A stretch of DNA of 64,000 bases from an uncultured Bacteroidales bacterium (GTDB taxonomy: Bacteria; Bacteroidota; Bacteroidia; Bacteroidales; UBA4181). The stretch spans positions 7,084 through 71,083 of the forward strand of contig CAYGID010000004.1 in assembly GCA_964349835.1 (NCBI GenBank), written 5' to 3'. A model generated the notes under the pieces. It saw nothing but the letters and a program-made list of their open reading frames with translations. It was not told the origin of the DNA and ran no database searches. The translations under genes were made by a program, and so were the position numbers. This document shows positions 30,057 to 39,002 of the stretch, piece after piece (the stretch's first letter is position 1; each line of letters opens with the position of its first letter).

Positions 30057-31079
30057 ATGAAAATCAAAGAGATAGGAGAATTCGGTTTTATTGCCGGGGT
30101 GGCAAAAAAATTTGCATCGCTTGTTCCCCAAGAGTTTATGGGTATTGGTGATGATTGTGCCCTGCTCCCGCTCGGCGAAGAGTACGACTACGTGATTACC
30201 ACCGATTTATTGGTAGAGAATGTTCACTTCTTGATGGATCGTATCTCGCCCGAAGAGCTGGGCAGTAAAGCGCTGGCAGTAAACCTTAGCGACCTCGCCG
30301 CCATGGGAGCCAAACCGGTAGGTTCTTTTCTTTCGATTGGGTTTTCGCCCACAATAGAACTTTCGGTTGTAGAACGAATTATGGAGGGTTATCACCGTCT
30401 TTCGACCGAAACGGAAACCCCTCTTTTGGGCGGCGACACAACCTCATCGCCAAATGGAATCCTTATAAATGTGGCAGTAGTAGGCCGTTGCCCGAAAGGA
30501 GGCGCCAAACTTCGTTCGGAAGCCAAACCGGGCGATATAATCTGTGTAACCGGCTTTCTGGGCGATTCGGCAGGGGGCCTCAAAGTTCTGCTCGATGGGC
30601 TTGCCCCGTCGGCGCTTCACGATGCGCTGGTGTCTAGCCATCACAATCCCCGGCCACACCTGCAGGAGGGCTCCTGGCTGGCCGCCTGCAAGGGCGTGCA
30701 CGCCATGATGGACATTTCCGACGGAATTGCTTCCGACCTGCTTCACATCGTAAAGGCCTCGAAGGTAAAGGCCGAAATCGAACTCTCGACTCTACCGGTT
30801 TCGGATCGGTTGCAAGAGGCTTCAAAACTGAACGGTTGGAATATCGATTGGCTTGCCACCTCGGGTGGCGAAGATTATGTGCTGCTCGTTACGGTTGATC
30901 CTGCAGAATATGTCACCGTTTCGGAGCGATTTCGCAACCGATTTTCGTGTGACCTGTACGCCATTGGTACTATTTTAGAAAGAGCCGAACAAGAGGAGAC
31001 CCAACCCTTAGTGGCCTGGAAAAGAGAGGGCAATTCCCTTAACTGGAAACCAGGCGGTTTTAACCATTTTACCGAATAA
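30057..31079 (+). CDS. thiL: thiamine-monophosphate kinase
   Basis: AIR-synthase-like fold. Motifs GEFGFI...IGDDCALL...TTDLLVENVHF and LSDLAAMGAKP. Confidence 0.9.
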   Translation: MKIKEIGEFGFIAGVAKKFASLVPQEFMGIGDDCALLPLGEEYDYVITTDLLVENVHFLMDRISPEELGSKALAVNLSDLAAMGAKPVGSFLSIGFSPTIELSVVERIMEGYHRLSTETETPLLGGDTTSSPNGILINVAVVGRCPKGGAKLRSEAKPGDIICVTGFLGDSAGGLKVLLDGLAPSALHDALVSSHHNPRPHLQEGSWLAACKGVHAMMDISDGIASDLLHIVKASKVKAEIELSTLPVSDRLQEASKLNGWNIDWLATSGGEDYVLLVTVDPAEYVTVSERFRNRFSCDLYAIGTILERAEQEETQPLVAWKREGNSLNWKPGGFNHFTE

Positions 31080-31096
31080 CACCAACAATTAAGGAG

Positions 31097-31948
31097 ATGG
31101 AACGAAATGTAGCTCAGATCGCAAACCAACAATACACAAGGGTGTTGACCATTGCCGGAAGCGATTCGGGCGGCGGTGCGGGCATTCAGGCCGACCTGAA
31201 AACCTTTTCGGCTTGCGGCTGTTTTGGCATGTCGGCAATCACTGCCATTACGGCACAAAATAGTGTGGGCGTCAGGGGAATTCACGGGATTCCACCTGAG
31301 ATGATTCGCCTGCAAATTGAGGCCGTACTAGAGGATCTGGGGGCAGACGCCGTAAAAATCGGCATGCTCCACTCGCCCGAAGTAATCGAAGTGGTACACG
31401 ATGCGCTGGCTCGTTTCGGCATTTCGCAGATTGTGCTCGACCCGGTGATGGTGGCCACTTCGGGCGATCGGCTCCTGAAAGACGAAGCGATTGGAGCACT
31501 CATCACTATACTGCTGCCCGTAGCCCGGCTCATTACCCCAAATATTCCTGAGGCGGAGGTACTTCTAAATCAGAAAATTGGCGCCCAGGAAGAGATGGCA
31601 GATGCTGCGAAAGCCCTTTCGTCGCTGATCTCAACTCACCAAAAGGCGGTATCGGTCTTGCTGAAGGCCGGACACTTTTTGAACGACCGGTTGGTTGACG
31701 TCTTGTGGGATGCCGAATCGGAGCAACTCACCGAGTTCCCGGTTCAGCGCATTGACTCTCTAAACACCCACGGCACAGGGTGTACCCTTTCATCGGCCAT
31801 TGCGGCTTTTCTTGCCAAAGGGTTCTCTCTTGCTGATGCGGTATCGCAGGCCAAAGTCTATCTTCACAATTCGCTGGCAGTAGGAGCTGCCTACCAAATA
31901 GGAGCAGGACACGGACCGGTTCACCACTTCCATGCTTTCTGGAAATAG
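31097..31948 (+). CDS. thiD: hydroxymethylpyrimidine / phosphomethylpyrimidine kinase
   Basis: VLTIAGSDSGGGAGIQADLKTF and GTGCTLSSAIAAFLAKG motifs. Confidence 0.93.
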   Translation: MERNVAQIANQQYTRVLTIAGSDSGGGAGIQADLKTFSACGCFGMSAITAITAQNSVGVRGIHGIPPEMIRLQIEAVLEDLGADAVKIGMLHSPEVIEVVHDALARFGISQIVLDPVMVATSGDRLLKDEAIGALITILLPVARLITPNIPEAEVLLNQKIGAQEEMADAAKALSSLISTHQKAVSVLLKAGHFLNDRLVDVLWDAESEQLTEFPVQRIDSLNTHGTGCTLSSAIAAFLAKGFSLADAVSQAKVYLHNSLAVGAAYQIGAGHGPVHHFHAFWK

Positions 31949-31975
31949 CATACCCTTACATCACTTCTCTGCCCC

Positions 31976-32701
31976 ATGATACCCGGCGCCGGTCCCTTTA
32001 CCCAAAGGCTGCGAGAGCAATCGCAACCGCTTTTTGAACGGTTTGTGCAGCACCCGTTTCAAAAGGCACTGCGCGCGGGAACCCTCTTGCCTTCGCATTT
32101 TGAACATTACCTCACCCAGGACGCTCTCTACCTGAAAGAAGATGCAAAAGCCTTTGCTATCCTAGCCAAACGGTTCGAAGATGCTGCTATTTCGCATCGA
32201 AGGACAAAACCGTCCGAAGGGTTGGTACTGTATGAGGATGCGGCACACTTCTTCCATCAGATGGCTGCCGACAGCTATGCCTTGGAGAGCGAGATGCAAC
32301 TGCTCTACTTTAAAGAGTACCATCTGCAACCTGCTTTGCAGCCATCTGAAACCTGCAGAGGCTATACCGATTTTCTGTTGCATCATGCCACCGACTCGTC
32401 TCTCCCCATTGCCGCGGCATCGCTCTTGCCTTGCTTCTGGCTCTTTCAGGAGGCTTCGTCCGAACCCCGTATCGAGCCCAACCGCTACCACCTCTGGTTG
32501 TCGACCTACAGCGGAGAGATATACCACGAATATACCCTCCGGTTTATTCTGCTGCTCGAACATTTGATTCATCTGGAAACGCCGAATCGTAAAGCCGCTG
32601 CAGCCGAACAGGCATTTTTTACCGCTGCCGAATGGGAGTGCCGTTTTCTGGAAGAGGCTCTGTCAGAGCAGTCCCGACCTTTTCAGAAAGGGCTCCAATG
32701 A
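31976..32701 (+). CDS. tenA: TenA-family aminopyrimidine aminohydrolase (thiaminase II)
   Basis: HPFQKALRAGTL...YLTQDALYL, and the LLPCFWLF segment containing the catalytic-type Cys of TenA_C proteins. Confidence 0.85.
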   Translation: MIPGAGPFTQRLREQSQPLFERFVQHPFQKALRAGTLLPSHFEHYLTQDALYLKEDAKAFAILAKRFEDAAISHRRTKPSEGLVLYEDAAHFFHQMAADSYALESEMQLLYFKEYHLQPALQPSETCRGYTDFLLHHATDSSLPIAAASLLPCFWLFQEASSEPRIEPNRYHLWLSTYSGEIYHEYTLRFILLLEHLIHLETPNRKAAAAEQAFFTAAEWECRFLEEALSEQSRPFQKGLQ

Positions 32702-34705
32702 GGGCTCCTTTCCCCTAAAACGCATATAAAGCACCATGGGGTGTTCGCTTCCGCCTTTCTCCAAAATATGTTTCCGGAACGACAGAGCCACCTCCTGATT
32801 GAAGAGCCCCTTCGCCTGAAAGAGAGAGAAGGCATCGGCATCGAGCACCTCAGCCCATTTGTAACCGTAATAGCCCGCCGCGTATCCTCCCTGGAAAATA
32901 TGACTGAAAGCCGGCGAGAGAAGCGAGCCCTCGACCCTGGGAAGGATGTCGGTTTCCGAGAGAATCCGCTCTTCAAATAGCGCAATCTCGCCTACAAAAG
33001 GCTCCTCAAGCGCATGCCAGGCCATGTCGGTTATACCAAACCCCAACTGCCTGATTGTTAAATATCCGGAGAGATACTTTTCGCTCTCTTTGATCTTTAT
33101 TACCAATTCCGGCGGAATCACCTGGCCGGTTTGAAAATGGAAGGCAAAGGTTTTCAGAAACGCCTCCTCGGGAAGCCAATTCTCCATAATTTGCGAAGGC
33201 AACTCCACAAAGTCGCGGAACACGCTGGTACCGGTGAGACTCTGGTATTTGCCGAGGGCCAACATGCCATGCAGTGCATGGCCAAACTCATGCAAGAAAG
33301 TGTTCACTTCGTCGTAAGTTAACAAAGAGGGGGTTACCTGCGTGGGTTTGGTAAAGTTGCACACCAGCGAAACCAGCGGACGCACAGCCGAGTTGCCCTC
33401 GCCCCAAGTCTCACGGAAAGAGGTCATCCAGGCACCTCCTCGTTTGCTCTCGCGGGGGAAAAAGTCGAGATATAACACCGCCATAAACCGGGTTCCATCC
33501 CAAACTTCATAGGCCTGAACCTCTCGATGATAGACCGAAATTTCGGCATTCTGACGGAACGTGAGGCCAAACAATTTCTCCGCCAAACCAAATACGCCTT
33601 CAATTACTTTAGGCAGCGAAAAATAGGGTCGGAGTTGCTCATCGTTAATCTGATACAACTCACTTTTCAATTTTTCGGAATAGTAGGGCCAATCCCATGC
33701 CTGCAAGGTGAAAACCGCCCCAATTTTTTTGGCATACTCCGAAATGCGGTCGTACTCCTTTTTCGCAACGGGAAGAGCGGCAATACGGAGCTGTTCCAGA
33801 AATTCATTGACTTTTACCGGATTCTCAGCCATGCGTTCTTCCAACACAAATGCGGCGTGCGACGGGTAACCCAACAACTTGGCTTTTTCAAGACGAAGGT
33901 TTACAATGCGACGGATAATTTCGGTGTTGTTTCGCTCATTTGCCCTACAGCCCCTTGAATTATAGGCTCTCCAGATCTTCTCGCGGAGTGCCCTGTTGTC
34001 GGCGTATTGCATAAAAGGAGCCCGGCTGGGCTGGTCGAGGGTAAAGGCCCACCCTTCCAGGCCCTTCTCTTGTGCCGTCATCCTGGCCGCCTGCAAAGCG
34101 GTTTCGGGAAGCCCCGATAACTCCTCGCGACGGGTAATCTGCATCACAAAATCGTTGGTTTCGGCCAGCACATTCTGACCAAACTGCAGACTCAAAGTGG
34201 AGAGCTCTCTCGAAACCTCTCGATACCTCTCTCGGTCGGGCCCGCGGAGATTGGCGCCATTACGCCGGAACTGCTTATAAGTCTTTTCAAGCAACATCCG
34301 CTCTTCGGCCGGCAGGCTCTGTTCGCGGAGAGCGATATAAACCGATTCGACCCGCTCAAAGAGCTTCTCATTGAGCATAATATCGTTGCCGTGATCGGTA
34401 AGCTGAGGCATAATCTCCTGCGCCAGGCTTTGCATCGCCTCGCTCGTATCGGCCTCGTTCAAATTAAAAAAGATAGAACTTACCTTGTCGAGAAGAATGC
34501 CACTCTCCTCAAGCGCCACAACGGTATTGCGAAAGTCGGCAGGTTCGGATTGCGATACAATCTGATGCACCGCCTCCTTCTGCAACCGAATAGCCTCATC
34601 AAAGGCAGGTTGATAATGGGCAAGAGTGATTCTGCCAAAAGGAGGAGTTCCCCATGGTGTATCCCACTGTTCGAAAAACGGATTGTTAGTCATATCTAAT
34701 TTCAT
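32663..34705 (-). CDS. dcp: M3-family peptidyl-dipeptidase
   Basis: Zinc motif HEFGHALH. Length and flanking motifs match Dcp/oligopeptidase A. Confidence 0.92.
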   Translation of the reverse strand: MKLDMTNNPFFEQWDTPWGTPPFGRITLAHYQPAFDEAIRLQKEAVHQIVSQSEPADFRNTVVALEESGILLDKVSSIFFNLNEADTSEAMQSLAQEIMPQLTDHGNDIMLNEKLFERVESVYIALREQSLPAEERMLLEKTYKQFRRNGANLRGPDRERYREVSRELSTLSLQFGQNVLAETNDFVMQITRREELSGLPETALQAARMTAQEKGLEGWAFTLDQPSRAPFMQYADNRALREKIWRAYNSRGCRANERNNTEIIRRIVNLRLEKAKLLGYPSHAAFVLEERMAENPVKVNEFLEQLRIAALPVAKKEYDRISEYAKKIGAVFTLQAWDWPYYSEKLKSELYQINDEQLRPYFSLPKVIEGVFGLAEKLFGLTFRQNAEISVYHREVQAYEVWDGTRFMAVLYLDFFPRESKRGGAWMTSFRETWGEGNSAVRPLVSLVCNFTKPTQVTPSLLTYDEVNTFLHEFGHALHGMLALGKYQSLTGTSVFRDFVELPSQIMENWLPEEAFLKTFAFHFQTGQVIPPELVIKIKESEKYLSGYLTIRQLGFGITDMAWHALEEPFVGEIALFEERILSETDILPRVEGSLLSPAFSHIFQGGYAAGYYGYKWAEVLDADAFSLFQAKGLFNQEVALSFRKHILEKGGSEHPMVLYMRFRGKEPSLEPFLKRSGLL

Positions 34706-34728
34706 CTAAAAGTGAAAACTTTATGCGA

Positions 34729-35952
34729 TTAATCCTGCAGTACTGAGTCTTGAGGCAGAAAAAAACAACTGTCGCCGTAGCTTAAAAACCGGAAGTTATT
34801 GTCGAGAGCGTACCGATACACCCGCTGCCAGTCGTTGCCAATAAAGGCTCCGATCAACAGGAGAAGCGTACTTTGCGGTTGGTGAAAATTGGTAATCAAT
34901 TTCCGAACCAAACGAAAACGATACCCCGGCACAATCATAATTTGGGTAGAGGCCACCAACCGATCCATTCGGTGCGTCTCCATCGTTTCGATTAACTGCC
35001 GCATCACCTCCGAAACCGACACCAAAGCGTGGTTTTGGTAGGGCTCCCACTGTTGAACGCGAAGAGGCCCCTTGAGACGCGAAGCGTCTTCTATTACCTG
35101 TAAACCAATATAATAAAGACTCTCTAGGGTTCTTACACTGGTGGTTCCCACAGCAACCACCGAACCCGGGTTGGCATATATCCGCCTCAGGGTAGCCAGC
35201 GAAACAGAGAAACGCTCCTCATGCATCTCATGATGCACAATGGCCTCCTCCTGAACAGGCTTAAAGGTTCCCGCTCCCACATGAAGCGTCACCTCGTCGA
35301 GCATCACCTGCTTTTCACGAAGCACCGAAAACAACTCCGGCGTAAAATGCAAGCCGGCAGTAGGAGCAGCTACCGATCCTTCGAACTTTGAATAAACCGT
35401 TTGGTATCGTTCAATGTCGAGCGGTTCACTATCTCTATGCAAATAAGGCGGTATAGGGATATCTCCGAAGCTCTCGAGAATCTCGCCAAACCGAACACCC
35501 GGTGTCCATTCAAATTCTATCTGGTGAGACTGGTTCTCACTGCTAAGAATACGAGCATGCAACTCCAACCCGTTACTCTGTGCGGAGAGCACGCCTCCTT
35601 TCCATTTTTTCAGATTGCCCACAATACACTTCCAAACCGATTGGCCGGTCTGCTGGAACGCCATAGCATAGTCGGCCGGATCTACAGGCTCAAGGCAAAA
35701 AATCTCGATCCGAGCACCTGTCGATTTATGAAACACCAGTCTGGCTCTCACCACTTTGGTATTATTAAATACCAGCAAATCACGATTCGAAAGGAGTTGG
35801 GGCAGATCACAAAAGAGGCGGCTCTGCATGACCCGGCCATCGAAAACCAATAATTTCGATTGATCTCTACGGGCCAAAGGATATCGGGCAATGCGTTCGT
35901 CGGGAAGATCGTAGTGATAAGAACCTATATGCAGCTGGCTTAAAAAATCCAT
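34729..35952 (-). CDS. queA: S-adenosylmethionine:tRNA ribosyltransferase-isomerase
   Basis: YDLPDERIARYP, LVFNNTKV, PPYL, YQTVY, AAPTAGLHFT, VGTTSVRTLES and TNFHQPQSTLL motifs. I set the start at ATG 35952 because a -7 box lies inside the TTG-initiated longer ORF. Confidence 0.9.
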   Translation of the reverse strand: MDFLSQLHIGSYHYDLPDERIARYPLARRDQSKLLVFDGRVMQSRLFCDLPQLLSNRDLLVFNNTKVVRARLVFHKSTGARIEIFCLEPVDPADYAMAFQQTGQSVWKCIVGNLKKWKGGVLSAQSNGLELHARILSSENQSHQIEFEWTPGVRFGEILESFGDIPIPPYLHRDSEPLDIERYQTVYSKFEGSVAAPTAGLHFTPELFSVLREKQVMLDEVTLHVGAGTFKPVQEEAIVHHEMHEERFSVSLATLRRIYANPGSVVAVGTTSVRTLESLYYIGLQVIEDASRLKGPLRVQQWEPYQNHALVSVSEVMRQLIETMETHRMDRLVASTQIMIVPGYRFRLVRKLITNFHQPQSTLLLLIGAFIGNDWQRVYRYALDNNFRFLSYGDSCFFLPQDSVLQD

Positions 35953-35991
35953 AAAAAGCGGGGGTAGAATAGAGAAGGTATGATGATGCGG

Positions 35992-35999
35992 CAAATTTA
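35992..35999 (-). promoter_or_regulatory. -7 box (TAAATTTG) for queA-dcp
   Basis: TAnnTTTG match on the minus strand, 40 nt upstream of the ATG at 35952. Confidence 0.4.
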
Positions 36000-36001
36000 G
36001 T

Positions 36002-36009
36002 TAATTTTG
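36002..36009 (+). promoter_or_regulatory. -7 box (TAATTTTG) for the Smr-domain gene
   Basis: TAnnTTTG match 22 nt upstream of the ATG at 36031. It lies back-to-back with the queA box. Confidence 0.4.
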
Positions 36010-36030
36010 CCTCTTTAAAAGGAGAAGCGT

Positions 36031-37209
36031 ATGCGATTCAAACCAGGTGACCGTGTGAAATTTCTGAACGATATTGGTGGGGGAGTGGTGATACGAATCA
36101 CCAATAAGACCATTTATGTTGAAAATCAGGATGGTTTCGAGATTCCGGTTTTAGAACAGGAGCTTCTACCCGATACAGATGGCTCTTTTTCGACAAAAAA
36201 GCAAGAAAGCAAGAATCCCGATCGTTTTCAATCCGGGCAAAAATCTTTGGTGCAGAAGTCATTACCCGAAGAACACGGAAGCTCCCGTAACGAAACCACA
36301 GGAAAACCAAGCGCCGAACAACCCATAATACCTTCATTTTCTAATATTTCTGCATTATCCGAACAGGAACAAACCAAAAACGCTGCGGATTCGGATTGCA
36401 TGTTGTGGTTTGCATGGGTTTTACAAAAAGGAGGAAAAGGGGCAGATCTCTATCTGATTAACGACAGCTCGTACCAACTCCTCTATACAGCTTCGTGTGG
36501 CAATAGCGGTGAGCCTGATAGGCTTCTCAAGACCGGCCATCTGGAAGATGGATATAAAGCATCAATAGGAAGCTTCTCACGCGAGATACTCCTTCGCAAC
36601 ACCAAGCTTCGGTTCGAAGGGATCGTGTTTAAACCGGGACTCTATCTGCCACATCCTCCGGTTTGCAGCGAAATCCTGATTGATGAGAATGCTATTCTGG
36701 ATTCAAATCAGCATACCGAAAACGACTTTTTCGACGAAAAGGCACTTCTGTTTTCTATCTCGAATGCAGCGAAAATAGCACCCGGAAGGGCTGATTCAGC
36801 ATTTACCGAAGCGCTCTCGATTGGAGAGATGGTCGTAAATAATCTTGCGAAGGGGGTCGCAAATTTACCACATCAAAGTCCGTCGCAAGCAAAAGGCCAA
36901 CACACCGAACGACCCACACTTCACGAAGACGAGAACGTCATTGATCTGCATATTGAACTATTGGTTGAAAATAGCGAGAAACTGACACCTACAGAGATTC
37001 TCGATATGCAGATGGCACGGTTTAAAATCTCGCTCGAATCGGCTATTATTCGGAAAACGCCGAAACTAATCTACATTCATGGAGTGGGAAACGGCAAGCT
37101 GAAATTTACCCTTCGCAAAACTTTGGAGCGGGAATATCCCAAGGTACGATTCCAAGACGCTTCGTTCCAAGAATATGGATACGGTGCCACAATGGTATTT
37201 CCAAAATAG
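36031..37209 (+). CDS. Smr-domain protein with DUF2027-like N-terminal region
   Basis: C-terminal Smr/MutS2-type domain (VIDLHIELL...IYIHGVGNGKLKFTLRKTL). The N-terminus has a KOW/SH3-like motif, FKPGDRVKFLNDIGGGVV. Confidence 0.8.
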   Translation: MRFKPGDRVKFLNDIGGGVVIRITNKTIYVENQDGFEIPVLEQELLPDTDGSFSTKKQESKNPDRFQSGQKSLVQKSLPEEHGSSRNETTGKPSAEQPIIPSFSNISALSEQEQTKNAADSDCMLWFAWVLQKGGKGADLYLINDSSYQLLYTASCGNSGEPDRLLKTGHLEDGYKASIGSFSREILLRNTKLRFEGIVFKPGLYLPHPPVCSEILIDENAILDSNQHTENDFFDEKALLFSISNAAKIAPGRADSAFTEALSIGEMVVNNLAKGVANLPHQSPSQAKGQHTERPTLHEDENVIDLHIELLVENSEKLTPTEILDMQMARFKISLESAIIRKTPKLIYIHGVGNGKLKFTLRKTLEREYPKVRFQDASFQEYGYGATMVFPK

Positions 37210-37302
37210 CAGCAAAATTCGAAGATATCGCAGGATAAGGCAAAGACAAAAACAGATTAACGTGCTGATTTATAGCAATTAAGATAATAGTTTTAACTTT
37301 TT

Positions 37303-37667
37303 GAGCAGGCCGTTTCATCGCTGTTCCCATCTTGGGAAGGGAGGAAAGTCCGGGCAACATAGAGCACCATGCTTCCTAACGGAAAGATACTCGTGAGGGT
37401 ATGTTAAGTGTGACAGAAAATAACCGCCCCGCGTACCGTGTGTACGAGGGGTAAGGGTGAAAAGGCGGGGTAAGAGCCCACCGGTTCTGTTGGCAACAGC
37501 AGAAGCCGCATACACCATGGGTTGTAAGGCCATGTATACCGACAGTTAAGGGTTGCTCGCCCAATGTCGGGGGGTAGGCCGCTGAGGATCCGATTGGTGA
37601 CAATCGGGCTAGATAAATGATGGAACCTCTTAGGAGGACAGAACCCGGCTTACAGGCCTGCTCATTT
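37303..37667 (+). ncRNA. rnpB: RNase P RNA, bacterial type A
   Basis: P1 pairing GAGCAGGCC...GGCCTGCTC. Conserved blocks GGAGGAAAGTCCGGGC, ACAGAAAATAACCGCC, GGTAAGGGTGAAAAGG, GGTAAGAGCCCACC and ACAGAACCCGGCTTA. Confidence 0.93.
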
Positions 37668-37672
37668 TCATG

Positions 37673-37710
37673 AGGTTGCTACCAATCACGCGGTAGCAAC
37701 CTTTTTTTTT
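37673..37710 (+). terminator. rho-independent terminator of rnpB
   Basis: AGGTTGCTACC, an 8-nt loop, then GGTAGCAACCT, followed by a T9 tract. Confidence 0.85.
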
Positions 37711-37905
37711 GCCCCATGCAATTGCTATATATTCTATTTTAGCAACCATTTCGCCATTTGTATGAAACTGTATCAGAGACACTGGAGTAGTTTAGGTACA
37801 TACAAATACATTGAGAAACAAAAGTTATATAATATATATTATGTTAAGTAGGGTTTTTCTAATCCTCCCCGGTAGTGGTTCATATACTCTTGATTGGTTA
37901 AATGG

Positions 37906-38856
37906 CTAATAGGTATAGATTCCCGATGGCATCATACCGAATCCCTGAATGGAAATCGTTTTATCGCGTAAAGAGATTTCCACAACGGCAAAGCTGTTTT
38001 GTTCCAAACCGCCTTCGACCATCGCGGGAAGCGTAAAATAGTGAATCCCTTGCCGAAGACTATAATGTCCTTCGTGATGATGCCCCTGAAAAACGGCCGC
38101 CACCTTTCTGCTCTCTTCTAAAATTTTAACAATTTGAGGCCAATTTTTTACGCATACCGACGAGGGTACAGCAGAAAATCCATCCAGCAGCTGATGAATA
38201 AAGAGAAATACAGGGCCCTCTGCCCTCTTTAACTCTCCTTTGAGCCACTCCAACTGATGCTCCGGAACGCTGGAATAGGTCCAGTCAAAATTTCCTCGGT
38301 TGTAGTGCGACCCATCCACATTGAAATTTGCATCGAGCACAATAGATGTGCACCCTCGCATGCGGAAGGAGTAATAGGCCTTTCCGTTAGCAGACCGGGC
38401 ATTTTGGGTAGTAGCAAGAAACTCCTCCTTCGATAGGCTGTCCATGTCGTGGTTACCCAACACATGATAGACCGGCCCCCCGAACGATTGAAGAACCGAC
38501 TCGATGGCCCTAAGATAGTCTAGAGTTCCTTTCGCATCGGGTGGCGTGGCTTGATCCTTAAAATCGCCCAGTTCTATCAGAAACTCTGGTTTCTGGAGTC
38601 GAATAATCTCTATGGCTTTCGCTAACTTCTGCCCCGACAGGCTGTATTGGCGCGAACCGAGGGTGGAAACCTCGGCATAATGCAAATCGGCTACGAGGCC
38701 AAAACGCACCTTATTGCTTCGGAACCAAGCCCCATTAGCACTATGAGTGGCAAGCAACCACCCTCCCAACGAACTCTTTAGAAAACCACGTCTGTTCAAA
38801 CTCCTCCCCTCCCCTATAAAGATGAAAAAAGGACGCCTCTCAATATTTACCCGCAA
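37906..38856 (-). CDS. calcineurin-like metallophosphoesterase with twin-arginine signal
   Basis: Motifs GLVADLHY, ELGDF, VLGNHD and FQGHHHEGH. The Tat motif is NRRGFLKSS. The raw ORF starts at TTG 38856. TTG 38799, giving MNRRGFLK, is the more natural Tat-signal start. Confidence 0.8.
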   Translation of the reverse strand: MRVNIERRPFFIFIGEGRSLNRRGFLKSSLGGWLLATHSANGAWFRSNKVRFGLVADLHYAEVSTLGSRQYSLSGQKLAKAIEIIRLQKPEFLIELGDFKDQATPPDAKGTLDYLRAIESVLQSFGGPVYHVLGNHDMDSLSKEEFLATTQNARSANGKAYYSFRMRGCTSIVLDANFNVDGSHYNRGNFDWTYSSVPEHQLEWLKGELKRAEGPVFLFIHQLLDGFSAVPSSVCVKNWPQIVKILEESRKVAAVFQGHHHEGHYSLRQGIHYFTLPAMVEGGLEQNSFAVVEISLRDKTISIQGFGMMPSGIYTY

Positions 38857-38960
38857 TATAAATCAACTAAAAGCATCACATACAGCCGATTAACCTCGTG
38901 CGCGCATAGCAGAATTTTGCAAGAAACTATTGAGAGGCGCCCCGGAATAAAACGATTCAC

Positions 38961-38996
38961 CCCATTGTCATCTCCAAAACCAGCCCGATGACAGGG
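38961..38996 (-). terminator. bulged hairpin after the TPR gene
   Basis: The minus strand reads CCCTGTCATC, a loop, then GATGACAATGGGG, followed by a U-rich tail (TGAATCGTTTTATT). Confidence 0.4.
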
Positions 38997-39002
38997 CGTT
39001 TG

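Noticed and set aside
31109-31120. A GTAGCTCAGATC string resembling the 5' end/D-arm of a tRNA.
   Set aside because: It lies inside the thiD coding sequence, 12 nt after its ATG. No matching T-arm (GGTTCGAATCC-like) or acceptor complement lies downstream. I found no tRNA genes in the window.
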